DNA of 64,000 nt from Spirochaetia bacterium (GCA_965226065.1 OZ245332.1:809651-873650), one strand, 5' to 3'; shown: positions 40,429-51,562, numbered from the stretch's first letter. Numbers and translations: made by a program. Notes: generated from the letters alone by a model not told the origin.

Positions 40429-41133
40429 TCACCTAGCAAAGTCGTCACTTACAAGTAGTTTGTATGTTGCGGTACTTCGTTCGTATTTCTCGTTTTGCTG
40501 AAGTTCTGCGGTAATAGTATAGTCTCCAGTGTCTGCCTTATCTGCAACTCTAACCTTACCGCTACTGCTGTCAATAATAACACCGTGGTCGGCGGGACTG
40601 ATGCTATATTTTATATTGCGGGTATCTCCTGCAACTGTTCCGCTTTTACTAGCGGTTTGCGTAAAAGTAGCTCTTCGTCTTTCTGTGCGGCTTGCCTGTG
40701 CAAAGCTCAAGGTATTGCCTTGCTTTCTTGTGAACTCAATAGGATCGCTTTCTGAAGTTTTGCCGTCAAGGGTTGCGACTATGATTACATTTTGCGCGGA
40801 CTGTGTAGCGGTGAGTTGCATTGTCTCGCTGCTGTACTCTGTAATTGCTACTCCTGTTTTTTTCTCTTTCAAGGTGTAGGTATGGTCTGGTATTTTTGGG
40901 AATAAAATAGGTTCACTCCACGGTACAAGCTTACCGCTTAGTGCGGGTTTTCGTGCTATATTCGTAAGCGTTCCGCTTCCTTGTTTCTTCGGTGTTGCTT
41001 TATCTGCCACGTCCTCCGCTTTATCCTCTATTTTCTCAATGGCTTTAGTAATATCATCTTCGGCTTTCTTTTCATCGCAAGAGATGAATAAAACCAATGA
41101 AATAATTAGTATTGCGGTATATAGTTTCTTCAT
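40429..41133 (-). CDS. Small surface lipoprotein paralogue (234 aa)
   Basis: MKKLYTAILIISLVLFISC. One Ig-like repeat (ATQSAQNVIIVATLDGKTSESDPIEF). Conserved C-terminal domain (..YTITAELQQNEKYERSTATYKLLV). Confidence 0.75.
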   Translation of the reverse strand: MKKLYTAILIISLVLFISCDEKKAEDDITKAIEKIEDKAEDVADKATPKKQGSGTLTNIARKPALSGKLVPWSEPILFPKIPDHTYTLKEKKTGVAITEYSSETMQLTATQSAQNVIIVATLDGKTSESDPIEFTRKQGNTLSFAQASRTERRRATFTQTASKSGTVAGDTRNIKYSISPADHGVIIDSSSGKVRVADKADTGDYTITAELQQNEKYERSTATYKLLVSDDFAR

Positions 41134-41291
41134 AGTATTTCTCCCTTTGTTTTAATTATACTTTATCGGCTGATAGGTAGATACAATACTACATTATGCA
41201 TAGTAAAATGTTATTGCAACATAACACGCTTACATTACATTGTCTGTCTGCTTTTAAGTCTTCGCTTTTCATATTTTTTTGAGTTTTGCCA

Positions 41292-42092
41292 TTAACTGCA
41301 TGGCCTGTCTCCCGCAAGGTGATGACACACCGCTAGCGTATAGGTTGCGGTAGCTCTTCTATATTTTTCGGTTTGTGGAAGTTCTGCCGTTACGGTAAAC
41401 TTTACATTAGCTGCGCTTTGTGTAAGTGTTACTTCTCCGCTAGCGGAGTCAATTGTTCCACCTCTTCCCGTAGGGTTTATGCTATATGTTACACCTCGGT
41501 TGTCTCCTCTTACCGATGTAGTATGTACTCTAATCGCTTGCGTGTATTTTGATTCTCCGCTTCTTTTTAGAGTTATTCCATTGGCATTGTTAGCAAAGCT
41601 CAAGGTATTACCCTGTATTCTCGTAAACTCAATAGGGTTACTTTCAATGCTCTCACCGTTAAGCGTTGCGACTATGATTACATTTTGTGCGGACTGCGTG
41701 GCGGTGATTTGCATTCTGTTACCGGTAACCTCTGTAAGTTCTACTCCTGTTTTTTCTTCTTTCAATTCATAGGTATGCTCCGCTATTTTCGCAAATATAA
41801 TTATTACGTTCCATGGTGCACTCTCACGGCTTAGTGCGGGCTTTATTAGTGCTTGCGGTGATGTGTCTTCTGGTTCTTCAACTCCTTCACCTCCTGCGTC
41901 TTCACCTTCGGCATTTTTAGGCGTACCGCTTCCTTGTGGCTTTGGGGTTGCTTTGTCCACTACATCTGCCGCTTTATCGGTAATCTCTGTAAATGCTTTT
42001 TTTATATCGTCTTCGGCTTTAGCTTTCTGCTCATCGCATGAGACAAACAAAGCCAATGCAATAATTAGTATTGCTGTGTATATTTTATTCAT
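41292..42092 (-). CDS. Small surface lipoprotein paralogue (266 aa)
   Basis: MNKIYTAILIIALALFVSC. Same architecture (ATQSAQNVIIVATLNGESIESNPIEF ... YRRATATYTLAV). Confidence 0.75.
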   Translation of the reverse strand: MNKIYTAILIIALALFVSCDEQKAKAEDDIKKAFTEITDKAADVVDKATPKPQGSGTPKNAEGEDAGGEGVEEPEDTSPQALIKPALSRESAPWNVIIIFAKIAEHTYELKEEKTGVELTEVTGNRMQITATQSAQNVIIVATLNGESIESNPIEFTRIQGNTLSFANNANGITLKRSGESKYTQAIRVHTTSVRGDNRGVTYSINPTGRGGTIDSASGEVTLTQSAANVKFTVTAELPQTEKYRRATATYTLAVCHHLAGDRPCS

Positions 42093-42120
42093 AGTATTTC
42101 TCCTTGTGTTTTAATTATCT

Positions 42121-42500
42121 TGTTGTTCCTTCTATTTTCTCCGACCAGGGTCCTGAAAATTCTTCGTAGATTGCCTGCACCTTAAACCAATACTGTATTC
42201 CTTCTTCTAGTTTGCGTATCGTGAACCCTTCTGCTTCCATGAACTTTGGCACTACCTCTCGCTTTTTAAGCGTCTTTCCATTCACGATGCCATACGATAT
42301 TCCATAGGCTGCTATTTTCTCTTCTTTTAGCTTCTTTACATCCCATTTCAGGAATACTGCTTCTTTTTCAAAGGAGGACTTTATAATTTTTGCTTTTTGT
42401 GGAATTACTTTGTATAGTACTTTGTCGGGTTCACAGCTTACTAATGCTATCGTAATGAGTATATATATATATATATATATATAGGCTTTTTATGTATCAT
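42121..42500 (-). pseudogene. Truncated N-terminal module copy E (phase-OFF, ~125 codons) fused directly to the upstream region of the 41292-42092 lipoprotein gene
   Basis: ATG at 42500 (MIHKKP...), (TA)12 at 42460-42483 (offset 41, so OFF). The FN3-like sequence runs down to ...EKAEGTTG at ~42125. The conserved upstream element of the small lipoprotein gene follows immediately. Confidence 0.55.
42460..42483 (-). repeat. (TA)12 tract in copy E
   Basis: Counted on the plus strand between GAG (42457-42459) and GG (42484-42485). Confidence 0.9.
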
Positions 42501-42628
42501 GAATTACTCCTGTACCACGTAAAAGTTTTGTAAGGATTAAAAAAAACTTCTACCTATATACATAATGGTACATTTACTCTTTTTTTCAAGTGTTTTTTCA
42601 CCTAAAACACATTACAATTTTGTCATTG
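42501..42628 (-). promoter_or_regulatory. Conserved 5' expression module, copy E (distal end diverges)
   Basis: Matches the module up to ...TTTTGTCAT and then diverges. Confidence 0.45.
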
Positions 42629-42731
42629 TATACACCTTCTGTATTGTTTGATGAATAAATCTAGGATTACTTCAGTGGCTATCTTAATAGAACCATACTT
42701 GAAAACATGACTGAAGTTATAATAAAGATAC

Positions 42732-45700
42732 ATGCGAACACATAGAATTTTTGTTGAAAAACATAGCATTCATGCCTCTGAACGCACTGCATTGTTGCGT
42801 GAAATTCGGGAAGTGCTAAATATTACAGAACTTAAGTGTGTACGACACGTGCTATATTACAACGTTTTTGACATCACGCGTGAAAAATTAAACACATCTT
42901 TACACAGCGTATTTGCAGAAGTACCGAGAACTTGGGTTTATTACTCTCTTGCAGAATGTCTTTCAAATACGCAAGAACTACCCAATACAGTAGAATACTT
43001 CGACTACATTGCAATAGAGCCTTTACCCACGCAATATGACCAGCGCGCAGATGCTGCAGAGCAAGGAATGCATTTACTTGGATATAACGACTGCAGGATA
43101 ACAACAGGGGAAATTCTACTGCTCTATCACAGTACAGCAGAACAAGAACGAAAGCTTAATGATGAAACGATAGATAAAATCACTTCATACATCATAAACC
43201 CCATAGAGATGCGCTTAAGCCAAATTGAGAATTTACCGACACGCAAACTACTACAAGCGCCTCAAGTACAAACATCTACTTTGTACGACTTTGTTTCTTA
43301 TACAGAAGAAGACATGCGTAGCATGCAAAAAAATCTTGGACTTTCCTTGTGCATAGAAGATCTGCAGCACATTCAAAATTACTATAAAAATGAAGAAAAA
43401 CGTCCGCCCACGCTTACCGAACTGCGATTTTTAGACACGTACTGGTCTGATCATTGTAGGCACACAACATTTTTAACACAAATAGAAAAGATAGTATTCT
43501 CCAATATAGAAGATGAAGCTATACAAAGTGCATGGCATAGATATATGCAAACTAGGAACTATGTGTATCAAAAACACAATGCACAACAAAAGCCTATAAC
43601 GCTTATGGATATCGCAACCATTGCAACACAAGCCCTTGCACTACGCGGTGTAATTGATGACGTAGAATTTAGCGAAGAAGTAAACGCCTGCTCTATTAAG
43701 GTAAATGTTACCGTAAACGGTAAAAGCGATCCATGGTTACTTATGTTCAAAAACGAAACACACAACCATCCTACAGAAATTGAACCTTATGGCGGATCCT
43801 CAACCTGCTTAGGCGGTGCAATACGAGACCCTCTTTCAGGGCGTTCATATGTATTCTCTGCCATGCGAATAACAGGTAGTGCCGATCCTCGCGAAAAAAT
43901 TGAAAAAACTTACAAAGGAAAATTGCCACAACGACTTATCACCCAAAAAGCTGCAGCAGGTTTCAGCGCATATGGAAATCAAATAGGGCTTGCCTGTCCC
44001 TATGTACGCGAATTATACCATCCGGGGTATAAAGCAAAGCGTTTAGAAGCAGGCTTTGTAATGGGGGCAACTCCTATAGAAAATGTATGTCGCTCCCTAC
44101 CGACAAATGGTGATATCATCATGCTTGTAGGCGGAAGAACAGGAAGAGATGGTATAGGCGGTGCAGTCGGATCATCAAAAGGACATAATGCCACATCATT
44201 AGAAAACGCCGCAGCTGAAGTACAAAAAGGTAATGCAATAGAAGAGAGAAAAATACAACGCCTTTTCAAAAACCCTCATGTATCGCGACTTATAAAACGA
44301 TGTAATGACCTTGGTGCAGGGGGGCTAAGTGTGGCAGTAAGCGAAATTGCAGATGGCGTTTATATAAAACTTGATGCAGTACGGCTTAAATATCAAGGAC
44401 TTACACCTACTGAAATTGCTTTATCCGAATCGCAAGAACGAATGGCGGTGGTAATTTCTGCAGAAAATTATAAAAAATTTTCTCAGTATGCAAGACGTGA
44501 AAATGTAGAAGCATACCCTATAGCAAAAGTAACCGATAGGGCACGCGTGGTCATGATGTACGAAGATAAGACCATTGTTAATATCGCGCGTTCTTTTTTA
44601 GAAAGCAAAGGAGCTACAAAAAAAACCACTGCCGTAATTACGCATCCGAAACATATGTATGCCATATCTTCACCATGGCATAATCCTCGCTCCATAAAAT
44701 CAGAGCAATTTTGGCACGAGATAGAGCAGTCATTTACATCATTAGAATATGCATCGCACATAGGTTTACAAGAAATGTTTGACAGCACCGTTGGTGCTGG
44801 TACGGTACTTATGCCGTACGGCGGTAGTACACAAACAGGACAAGAAGAAGGAAGCGCCGTACTCTTTCCTATAACATCTGCTTCATATGATGAAACTAAT
44901 ACAAGCAAACAAGAACATAAGTACACGAATAGAACGAGTTCTTCTACCGTTGCGATATCGACCGCTTCTTGCCCTCTCGCTCTCTTAGAACAAAGTCCAT
45001 TTCACGGTGCAAGCTACGCGGTAGTCGATTCTTTAAACAAAATTGCCGTCATGGGTGCAAACCCTTTAAAAGCACGCCTGTCATTTCAAGAATATTTCAA
45101 ATGCATGGAAAATCCAGACGATTGGGGACAAAGCCTCTCAGCAATGCTTGGCGCATTTGATGCACAAATGCAATTACAAATTCCTGCAATAGGAGGAAAA
45201 GACAGCATGAGTGGTAGCTTTGATACGATGCATGTACCTCCTACCTTTATATCATTTGCTGTAGCAACAGAAGAACAAGAACGCGTGCGTTCTACCCAAA
45301 TAGTACATAAAAACATGAAACTCTATCTTTTGTTACACATTCCAAAATCAGATGGTTCTCCAAATTATTCATCTCTTACAAATATGTGGAAGTGGTTGTA
45401 CAATCAAGGATCCTACATACCTTATGCTGCTGCAGTAGGAGAGAGAAATATTCTGCATACAATTATAAACATGTGTGCAGGAAATAACATAGGGTGCGAC
45501 TTAAAATTTTCGCAAACGCTTTTAGACAGTACAAGATACGGATCTATCATCTTAGCCTCACATATATCGATACATGAAGCAACTGAAAACATGCAGTGCA
45601 TACCAATCGGTAAAACAAAGGCACAGCCATACCTCAAGTGGAAAACAGAACACGGAGTACGCATGTGGAAAATACGCGATATAGTTACAAAAATGCAAAA

Positions 45701-46619
45701 TGTTTTACAAGATGCATTTCCATATCGCACAACAAAAAATACAATACTGAAAAAAAATACTACACCTTCACCGATACAAGGTGTCTATAAAAATCATACT
45801 CCCATAAAACAATTTACAAAATCGCGTCCGCGTGTATGTATACCTGTATTTCCCGGTACAAATTGCGAATACGATACAGCATATGCATTTGAGTCTGTAG
45901 GTGCGGTGTGCTATATGCCTGTTTTTTGTAACAAAACCAAAGAAGATATTTCACACTCTTTATATGAACTTGCGAAGAGCATTGGAAAAAGCAATATACT
46001 CGCATGTGCAGGTGGTTTTTCTGCCGCAGATGAACCAGATGGTGCGGGAAAATTTATATCACTCATATTACAAAACGTTATCATAAAAAATGCTATCACA
46101 AACTTGCTTAATCGCGATGGGCTTATCATAGGAATTTGCAATGGATTTCAAGCACTCATCAAATCAGGATTACTGCCATTCAATTCGCTACATACAACTT
46201 CCAACGATGTGCAAGAATTGCAACACAGTCTTCTAAGCTCAACGCTTACTACAAACACCTTAGGAAAACACATATCACGTATGGTAAAAACACAAGTAGT
46301 AAATACTACCATATCACCGTGGCTGTCTTTGTGCAAAGTAAAAGAACATTACTGGATACCAATATCACATGGTGAAGGACGTTTTGTCATCGACGATACA
46401 ACACTGGCAATGTTGCAAAATAACAAACAAATTGTTTCCATATACGCTGAGGAGAATCCTAACGGTTCTATGCAAGAAATAGAAGGGTTAGTCAGTGAAG
46501 ATGGTCGAATATTAGGACGCATGGGACACGTAGAACGAGTAAGAAATGGCATATATAAAAACATACCGGGATTTAAGATACAACCTATAATCGAATCGGG
46601 TGTGACGTATTTCTTATAA
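42732..46619 (+). CDS. purL: Phosphoribosylformylglycinamidine synthase, large single-chain form
   Basis: 1295 aa. FGAM-synthetase ATP-grasp-like domains. C-terminal class I glutamine amidotransferase with nucleophile elbow GICNGFQAL. Confidence 0.9.
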   Translation: MRTHRIFVEKHSIHASERTALLREIREVLNITELKCVRHVLYYNVFDITREKLNTSLHSVFAEVPRTWVYYSLAECLSNTQELPNTVEYFDYIAIEPLPTQYDQRADAAEQGMHLLGYNDCRITTGEILLLYHSTAEQERKLNDETIDKITSYIINPIEMRLSQIENLPTRKLLQAPQVQTSTLYDFVSYTEEDMRSMQKNLGLSLCIEDLQHIQNYYKNEEKRPPTLTELRFLDTYWSDHCRHTTFLTQIEKIVFSNIEDEAIQSAWHRYMQTRNYVYQKHNAQQKPITLMDIATIATQALALRGVIDDVEFSEEVNACSIKVNVTVNGKSDPWLLMFKNETHNHPTEIEPYGGSSTCLGGAIRDPLSGRSYVFSAMRITGSADPREKIEKTYKGKLPQRLITQKAAAGFSAYGNQIGLACPYVRELYHPGYKAKRLEAGFVMGATPIENVCRSLPTNGDIIMLVGGRTGRDGIGGAVGSSKGHNATSLENAAAEVQKGNAIEERKIQRLFKNPHVSRLIKRCNDLGAGGLSVAVSEIADGVYIKLDAVRLKYQGLTPTEIALSESQERMAVVISAENYKKFSQYARRENVEAYPIAKVTDRARVVMMYEDKTIVNIARSFLESKGATKKTTAVITHPKHMYAISSPWHNPRSIKSEQFWHEIEQSFTSLEYASHIGLQEMFDSTVGAGTVLMPYGGSTQTGQEEGSAVLFPITSASYDETNTSKQEHKYTNRTSSSTVAISTASCPLALLEQSPFHGASYAVVDSLNKIAVMGANPLKARLSFQEYFKCMENPDDWGQSLSAMLGAFDAQMQLQIPAIGGKDSMSGSFDTMHVPPTFISFAVATEEQERVRSTQIVHKNMKLYLLLHIPKSDGSPNYSSLTNMWKWLYNQGSYIPYAAAVGERNILHTIINMCAGNNIGCDLKFSQTLLDSTRYGSIILASHISIHEATENMQCIPIGKTKAQPYLKWKTEHGVRMWKIRDIVTKMQNVLQDAFPYRTTKNTILKKNTTPSPIQGVYKNHTPIKQFTKSRPRVCIPVFPGTNCEYDTAYAFESVGAVCYMPVFCNKTKEDISHSLYELAKSIGKSNILACAGGFSAADEPDGAGKFISLILQNVIIKNAITNLLNRDGLIIGICNGFQALIKSGLLPFNSLHTTSNDVQELQHSLLSSTLTTNTLGKHISRMVKTQVVNTTISPWLSLCKVKEHYWIPISHGEGRFVIDDTTLAMLQNNKQIVSIYAEENPNGSMQEIEGLVSEDGRILGRMGHVERVRNGIYKNIPGFKIQPIIESGVTYFL

Positions 46620-46655
46620 ATACATGTAGAAAATTTACAACACTTATCTATAAAG

Positions 46656-46970
46656 CTATATACACATAATATGGTACGATTGACCATTGTATAAGATATC
46701 CGTATGAACTCCAAAACGTCTGAGTAGCATAGTAAAATTATCAATGTGCAAATGCTCACAGAGTATCTTTTGTCCTTCTAACAAATTGTCAGACAACATA
46801 TCGAAAAACGCAGCGGATATCGCTTGAGACAAAAAATTTTTTGTAATAAGGTTTTTTACGGTTTCGTTCTTCACATGTGATGCAAGCTTTTTATCGACTA
46901 ATGCGACATTACTATAAAAGCCTACAATCGACATAAAATATTCTCTTTTTATTCCAATATTCTGTGCCAT
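46656..46970 (-). CDS. hypothetical protein (104 aa)
   Basis: Clean ORF between purL and groEL. No motif recognised. The overlapping ORF 46349-46759 is antisense to the purL 3' end and was ignored. Confidence 0.3.
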   Translation of the reverse strand: MAQNIGIKREYFMSIVGFYSNVALVDKKLASHVKNETVKNLITKNFLSQAISAAFFDMLSDNLLEGQKILCEHLHIDNFTMLLRRFGVHTDILYNGQSYHIMCI

Positions 46971-47094
46971 TCATTTACCTCACATATTATATTATAGTAA
47001 CACACAAAAGATACACGATAAAAAAAAGAGAAGCTTACAAGTAAACTTCTCTTTGTTATGTAAATATTATTTATAATTTCACGCGTAACGATGC

Positions 47095-48789
<1,695 letters not shown>

Positions 48790-48925
48790 CTAAGACATAG
48801 GATACATGCCTTAAGTACTATGATAAATAAAAACTATTTCATTCGCAAGTACATACAGAAATTTTTTACTCTTAATCTTCCATAGCGAGGTAGTAAGATA
48901 TGATATGATTATGTTCATTCCTGCG

Positions 48926-49228
48926 TTATTGATTATCTGTAGTGGACACGACTCGTGAGGTAAACATAATCAATGCATTCATAGTGTTTTGCGATCTCAT
49001 AACATCGCAAATACGCGTAATTTCTACCGTATCTTCAGTATTATCGACGAACATTAAACATACAAAATTTCTTTCCATCCAAACATCATCACCATTTGCT
49101 TTTTCTTCTCTCCCTTTAGCACGTAATACTGGCAATACGGTATAACATTGCTGAGGCAGCTTTTGTTCAACAGCATCTAGAAGATCTTGTAACAATACTT
49201 GGTTGCCTATAATTTCTACGCGAAACAT
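48926..49228 (-). CDS. small hypothetical protein (100 aa), possibly P-II-like/DUF190 family
   Basis: Clean ORF with about the right size for that family. This is not GroES: it has no GroES mobile-loop or roof motifs. Confidence 0.3.
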   Translation of the reverse strand: MFRVEIIGNQVLLQDLLDAVEQKLPQQCYTVLPVLRAKGREEKANGDDVWMERNFVCLMFVDNTEDTVEITRICDVMRSQNTMNALIMFTSRVVSTTDNQ

Positions 49229-49237
49229 TCTTTACCT

Positions 49238-50209
49238 CTATTTCTTTACTTTATCTGTAAATTCAAATATGCGTACTTTTGCTTTATCTGCAAGCGCACT
49301 ATATCCTTTGACAATTATCACTTCATTTATCGCAAGTCCTGTAATCACCTCTACTACTTTTTTCGTTTTATCCGAAATATCGTGTGATTCTACTCCAAAC
49401 TCTAATGGTCGAAAAGAAACATTGCTTAGCTCACTCTTATCATCGTTAAGAACAAATACTCCATATTTAAACTCTCCATCAAAAAATCGTTGAACGATAA
49501 TATCCTTAGAAATAACAATTACATTTTTTCTCGCTTCTAATATAAGATTCAATACGCCAACCGTGCCACTTCTTATATGCGACGCAGATTCAGAAAGCGC
49601 AACAAGAACACGAATTTTTCTTGATTTATCAGAAAGTACTTTATTGATAGAAAGAACGCGTATATCAAGATTGCTTTGTAATGCATCATTGACAGATAGC
49701 ATAAGCATTCCCCGTGTATTCTTTGTAATAAAGGGCAAATTTTCTTCAGACACCGATACGCGAAGTTCCAAACTTGCGTTATCAATAATTTCCATAATGC
49801 TTTTTACCGAAGAAACTTCATTTCCCACATTCGCCATTATTTCTGAGACTTGACCAGAGACAGGTGCAATGATAGGACTCGTAAGAAATGTACTTCCCGC
49901 TTTTGATGCGTTAATTATGGCAAGTGTTTGTCCTTTTACTACGGTATCGCCCGTACGTACTTTTACGTTAATAAGGGTGCCTTGCTTATCAGGTATAACA
50001 CTCGCAATTACCGAAGATTGCACAACGGCACTTACAGAAATTTCTCTTTGAATATTTGTAGGGATAATTGTTTTTCCCTCAACGCTAAATACCGTTTCAT
50101 CGTCAAGCTCAGAATTTGCTGCAGGCTTTTTATTTTTTTGACATGCGCTTATAACGCTTATAAAAATACTACATATACAGATAAAAATAACAGCGCGACT
50201 TCCGTTCAT
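49238..50209 (-). CDS. Efflux pump periplasmic adaptor (membrane fusion protein, HlyD/RND-MFP family) lipoprotein
   Basis: Lipobox ...FISVISAC. Beta-barrel/lipoyl-like hairpin architecture. Lies directly downstream of a TolC-like gene, and the two coding regions abut. Confidence 0.65.
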   Translation of the reverse strand: MNGSRAVIFICICSIFISVISACQKNKKPAANSELDDETVFSVEGKTIIPTNIQREISVSAVVQSSVIASVIPDKQGTLINVKVRTGDTVVKGQTLAIINASKAGSTFLTSPIIAPVSGQVSEIMANVGNEVSSVKSIMEIIDNASLELRVSVSEENLPFITKNTRGMLMLSVNDALQSNLDIRVLSINKVLSDKSRKIRVLVALSESASHIRSGTVGVLNLILEARKNVIVISKDIIVQRFFDGEFKYGVFVLNDDKSELSNVSFRPLEFGVESHDISDKTKKVVEVITGLAINEVIIVKGYSALADKAKVRIFEFTDKVKK

Positions 50210-51562
50210 CTAATACACCCCGCTACTATTGGTTAAGGCTTTAATATCCAGAATAAGCTTCACTACTTCAGCTTTTTGCGTAATACGCTTTATGTGCTCG
50301 TCATGCAACTCTGCTTTTGTAGCAAGATAATCTTTCGCGGTAATAAGCCCGTTTTTATATCCTTCTTGTGCAAGGTCATAAGAACGTTGCGCAACGCGAA
50401 CTGTTGTTTCGTTGTCTTGAAGTGATTTCAAAAGAAACTGTAATTTTGATTGAAAAGCTGTTAAAGAATTTCTCTTTGAAATTGAAGATTGCATAATTTC
50501 AATATTTTTTGCCTTTATTGATGCATTTAATTTTCGTAAAGTAACAGATGGTGTAGACCACGGAAGATATTTTGTAACATCTATAGACACTCTAAACGTA
50601 AGTGATGTATCATCATTTCTTTTCCAGTTTTTTGAGTCAAACCAGTTTTTTTCATCCGCATTTTGCAAAGAAGTGCCTCCAAAAAATGAATAACCTAGAG
50701 ACAATGAAGGCAAATAACTAAACGCTGCATTCCAACGCTTCAACTGTAATGATCGTAAAGAAGAATATTGAGCTGCAATGTCAACATTGTTTGCACTCTG
50801 TAATGCAAGAATTGATTTAATATCAAATTGCGATACATCAGGAATATCATCTGCAAGAGAAATTTGATATTCCATATCTTCATACCCCATAGTCACAAGC
50901 AAAGATCGACGAGCCTTTGCTTCTGCATTGACTTGTTTATCGTAATCGTTTTGTGATTTTAAAAATGCAAGTTTCGTTTTTAACATTGCGTATTCATCTT
51001 TCAATCCTGCTTTGTAGGCACGCTCTGCTTCTTGTAAATCAATTTTAGCAACAGATCGTTGCTCCCGTAACAATTGCAGTTTCTTTCGAGAAATAAGTAA
51101 ATCCAGATACAATTTCTGCGTTTCTACAACGATATCAAAAGTAAGTTTTTCAAACGTTATTTTTTCAGCTTTGTAAGCTTCGACAGATTGCAAAATACTA
51201 ATGATACTTTTGCTTAGCATGCCAGTAATACTAATTGAAATACTAGAAACTCCAGCAGTGAGTAATGTTTGTGAAGCCGAAGGATTTTGTAAACTTCGCT
51301 GTGGTTTTTTATCATGTCTTACATACGAAGCAGAAAGAGAGAGTTTTGGAACAAACACAAACCACGATGAATTGCGATCTATGCGTTTTTTTTCCAATGA
51401 ATATTGTTTTATGTTTAATTTTAAATTTGCTTTTAGTGCCGTTTGCACCGCCTCTTTAATACTTACTTGCAGTATCTTATCATTCTCTGCAAAAACTAAA
51501 GAAGAAGAGTAGGCAAGCATCACCACAAATATAGGTAAACTAAATCGATGTAATATACACAT
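50210..51562 (-). CDS. TolC-like outer-membrane efflux protein
   Basis: 450 aa. Signal peptide. Two repeated coiled-coil/beta halves typical of the OEP family (…QAERAYKAGLKDEYAMLKTKLAFLKSQ…). Confidence 0.7.
   Translation of the reverse strand: MCILHRFSLPIFVVMLAYSSSLVFAENDKILQVSIKEAVQTALKANLKLNIKQYSLEKKRIDRNSSWFVFVPKLSLSASYVRHDKKPQRSLQNPSASQTLLTAGVSSISISITGMLSKSIISILQSVEAYKAEKITFEKLTFDIVVETQKLYLDLLISRKKLQLLREQRSVAKIDLQEAERAYKAGLKDEYAMLKTKLAFLKSQNDYDKQVNAEAKARRSLLVTMGYEDMEYQISLADDIPDVSQFDIKSILALQSANNVDIAAQYSSLRSLQLKRWNAAFSYLPSLSLGYSFFGGTSLQNADEKNWFDSKNWKRNDDTSLTFRVSIDVTKYLPWSTPSVTLRKLNASIKAKNIEIMQSSISKRNSLTAFQSKLQFLLKSLQDNETTVRVAQRSYDLAQEGYKNGLITAKDYLATKAELHDEHIKRITQKAEVVKLILDIKALTNSSGVY

Noticed and set aside
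46349-46759. 136-aa minus-strand ORF
   Set aside because: It largely overlaps the 3' end of purL in antisense, and its translation is Cys-rich and low-complexity.
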